From a virus (Duplodnaviria > Heunggongvirae > Uroviricota > Caudoviricetes): a DNA stretch of 16,143 nucleotides. Below, one piece after another: positions 14,205 to 16,143 of this stretch. The notes beneath the pieces were generated by a model. The model was not told the origin of the DNA. It worked only from the letters and a program-made list of their open reading frames with translations, and ran no database searches. Made by a program: the position numbers and the translations under genes. Positions within the stretch are counted from its first letter, which is position 1; each line of letters starts with the position of its first letter. The DNA lies in the IMG/VR virus record IMGVR_UViG_2660238511_000011. The stretch is one strand, 5' to 3'.

Positions 14205-14350
14205 ATGCCTGAAAAAACCCAATTTTGTGGTTTTCCAGTTTCACCAGGGCGAACGAATCCCCGCCCACGTTCTGGCGTATATTCAATCTTCATGGTTATA
14301 GCTCTGTGTTCAGATGATTGATGTGTGGCGGCTGCGTGCCGCCAGCGTGA

Positions 14351-14539
14351 TTAATGAACTGCCTTGCAGCTATCCTTCCAGGCCAGAACCTCGGATAAAG
14401 ACCAGCCAACGGAACGACCGCCAAGTTTACGACGTGATGGGAATTGTCCGGCCTTTTCCAGGCGGTAGCGGCATGAGCGGCTAAGGCCTGTTAGCTTTTC
14501 GCATTCTTTTTCACGTATAAACCGATCAGTGCTTAACAC
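14351..14539 (-). CDS. alpA: AlpA-family excisionase / transcriptional regulator, 62 aa, GTG start
   Basis: IREKECEKLTGLSRSCRYRLEKAGQFP...GRSVGWSLSEVLAWK matches the AlpA/Vis helix-turn-helix pattern. A strong AGGGGG ribosome-binding site lies 4 nt upstream. It sits next to the integrase. Confidence 0.85.
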   Translation of the reverse strand: MLSTDRFIREKECEKLTGLSRSCRYRLEKAGQFPSRRKLGGRSVGWSLSEVLAWKDSCKAVH

Positions 14540-14700
14540 TATTGCCCCCTTTCGTTTCTTAAAGAGTTATTTCGTGTTCTATTGCGTTGGGATGTGTCTG
14601 ATTGTGTCAGGATGATTCAGAGTTGGCAAATGTTGAGGCCGTATGGTTTACAGAAAGAGGAATAATCAGGATAAAATCCTTTAAATTCATGTTAATACAA

Positions 14701-14730
14701 AGGCATAAAATATTGTTTCATGCCTTTTTT
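14701..14730. terminator. Hairpin AGGCAT-13 nt-ATGCCT with T-run; candidate terminator between int and alpA
   Basis: 6-bp stem followed by TTTTT on the plus strand and by a weaker U-rich tract on the minus strand. It may terminate the int transcript or a plus-strand small RNA. Confidence 0.35.
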
Positions 14731-14820
14731 CTCGCTATTTAAAGAGTGATTCGCTAGTGTATAAAAAATCAGTAACACATTAAAAATCAGCTACTTATAA
14801 ATCTGCACACTTTTTCACCT

Positions 14821-14870
14821 CTTGTTCGTAGTTGTTCCGCTTTGTTGCTCATTGTTGCACGTTGTATCTG
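14821..14870 (-). promoter_or_regulatory. Copy C of the motif (ACAACGTGCAACAA) with 10-bp-phased AACAA repeats, minus-strand orientation, just after the int stop
   Basis: Forward-strand TTGTT at 14823, 14832, 14842 and 14852, and TTGT at 14862. The reverse complement of 14852-14865 is ACAACGTGCAACAA, 13 of 14 identical to copies A and B. Confidence 0.45.
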
Positions 14871-14913
14871 TTCGCATATCCAGTATGCGCATACTGAAAA
14901 AACACGAAAAAAA

Positions 14914-16143
14914 TTATTTTCTTCTGGCTACTGGTAGCGTGGTTACGTTTTCATGTGTTCCCGCCAGTATCCCTAACCGCTCCGTCCACATATCCAGCGC
15001 ATTGCGTTTAGCATCCAGATAACGGGAATGATTATAAACTCGCTGCATTCCTGGCATCTGGTGGCCTGTAAGCTGCTCCACGACGTGAGGATCCACGCCT
15101 AAATCGTTCAGCATCGTTGTAAAGGTGCGCCGGATGTCATGTAGTGACCAGTGAGGGTGATTTAGCCTCCTGTGCGCTAATCTGCCGTACTGCGACACGC
15201 TTGTTTCCTGTTTCACTTCCCCCAGCAATAAGCCCGTGTGCCTGTTCTGCTCCACCAGCTGCGTGACGAACGGCAGTATTGCTTCCGGTATGGGCCGGAA
15301 TATTGCCACCTTCGTTTTGCTGTGTTCTTTCGGCACGGTCCAGAGCATTTCGGTAAAATCCCACTCGCTGATCTCCGATAACCTCAGTTCTACCGTCCGG
15401 CATCCGAACACAATCAGGAGGCGGATTAACGCGATGTAGTAGGGGGAGAATATTTTTTTGTCCAGTGCCTGCAATAATTCGCCCAGTTCTTTGGTGCTTA
15501 AGACACGCTCGCTTATATCCGGTTTTTTCCCAACGTCCGCCACACTCATATCATCAAGAACGTTGCTGATTGCATAGCGCCGCCTCCGGCAGAACTTAAG
15601 CGCCTGTTTGCACGTCTGTAGCAAGAATCCGGCAGTAACAGGCGTTCGCTTTGCCACCTGGTCAAAACAGGCCAGCCAGTGCCGTAGCTCGCATTTATCC
15701 AGCGGCATAGCACCAATGTGCTGTATTACGTGATTATTAAGGCGCTTTTTCAGGGCGGCATAATCCACGCGGTTTTCCTTTGCGTACGACTCAAGCCAGT
15801 AGGTGAGCGCATCGCCAACCGTTACCGGCTTTAACGCTTCCTGTACGGTGTAATTAAGCTCATGACGTGGATTTTTCCCCTCTGCCAGCCATGCGCGACA
15901 CTGGGCGGCTTTTTCCCTGGCTGATTTCAGGTTCAGATCAGGATAATTTCCCAGCTTAATGCGTTCCGGTGGTGCCCCCCTTCCCGTTCCGGCCCTGTAA
16001 GTGAAATACCAGGTTAAAAGGCCACTGGTTGAATGCCTGACGCTCAGGTTTCCACCGTCATTAAGAAAGGCTGTTTTTTGGGCGGGTGTGCCGTTGATTT
16101 TCCTCAGCTGTGTATCGCTCAGTTTGTTAAGTGCTCTGCTCAT
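14914..16143 (-). CDS. int: Tyrosine recombinase / integrase, P4 family, 409 aa; start codon is the last 3 bases of the window
   Basis: N-terminal arm-binding-type domain (LSDTQLRKI...GGNLSVRHSTSGLLTWYFTYR...), C-terminal catalytic region with HDIRRT and the tyrosine-containing RVYNHSRYL. Confidence 0.9.
   Translation of the reverse strand: MSRALNKLSDTQLRKINGTPAQKTAFLNDGGNLSVRHSTSGLLTWYFTYRAGTGRGAPPERIKLGNYPDLNLKSAREKAAQCRAWLAEGKNPRHELNYTVQEALKPVTVGDALTYWLESYAKENRVDYAALKKRLNNHVIQHIGAMPLDKCELRHWLACFDQVAKRTPVTAGFLLQTCKQALKFCRRRRYAISNVLDDMSVADVGKKPDISERVLSTKELGELLQALDKKIFSPYYIALIRLLIVFGCRTVELRLSEISEWDFTEMLWTVPKEHSKTKVAIFRPIPEAILPFVTQLVEQNRHTGLLLGEVKQETSVSQYGRLAHRRLNHPHWSLHDIRRTFTTMLNDLGVDPHVVEQLTGHQMPGMQRVYNHSRYLDAKRNALDMWTERLGILAGTHENVTTLPVARRK

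Larger units (their letters stand above)
1462..16143 (-). mobile_element. Integrated satellite-like island (int, alpA, primase-helicase, iteron ori, head-only capsid and terminase module); left boundary uncertain (1462-2257), right boundary beyond window end
   Basis: Co-directional minus-strand gene set from the integrase at the window edge to the large terminase and a terminal small gene at 2258. No tail or lysis genes. No host-like gene lies between the phoQ stop and the element genes. Confidence 0.6.

Noticed and set aside
13547-14293. 248-aa minus-strand ORF in the track
   Set aside because: It runs antisense through the RHH gene and the plus-strand terminator, has Cys/Arg/Ser-rich low-complexity composition, no ribosome-binding site and no recognisable domain. 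The better-supported plus-strand features occupy the same DNA.

Overview
The window opens with a complete phoQ gene (1..1461, + strand) from an E. coli-like chromosome. Everything downstream, to the last base of the window, is one integrated mobile element of about 14 kb, almost entirely on the minus strand. Read in its own direction of transcription (16143 down to 2258) it carries: a P4-family tyrosine integrase whose start codon is the final 3 bases of the window, an AlpA-family excisionase/regulator, a divergent plus-strand Arc-like RHH regulator, four small genes, a P4-type primase-helicase translationally coupled to the gene before it, an iteron origin, three small post-origin genes, a one-gene cassette between two identical intrinsic terminators, and a head-only morphogenesis and packaging operon (HK97-type major capsid, prohead protease, portal, head-tail adaptor, gp6-like connector, HNH endonuclease, small and large terminase, and a terminal 93-aa unknown). 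No tail, lysis or helper-type late regulator genes are visible. This fits a phage satellite that makes its own capsids and packaging machinery, of the capsid-forming PICI type as I recall it from the literature. Points for a second look: an in-frame TGA splitting the capsid gene, an unconventional head-gene order, a leader-terminator that sequesters the capsid ribosome-binding site, a 14-nt motif with 10-bp-phased AACAA repeats present at three loci, a phased GTCAC array and palindromes at the phoQ-proximal end, and two N-runs (one flanked by a perfect 41-bp duplication). All calls rest on reading the sequence and the supplied ORF track; no database search was run.
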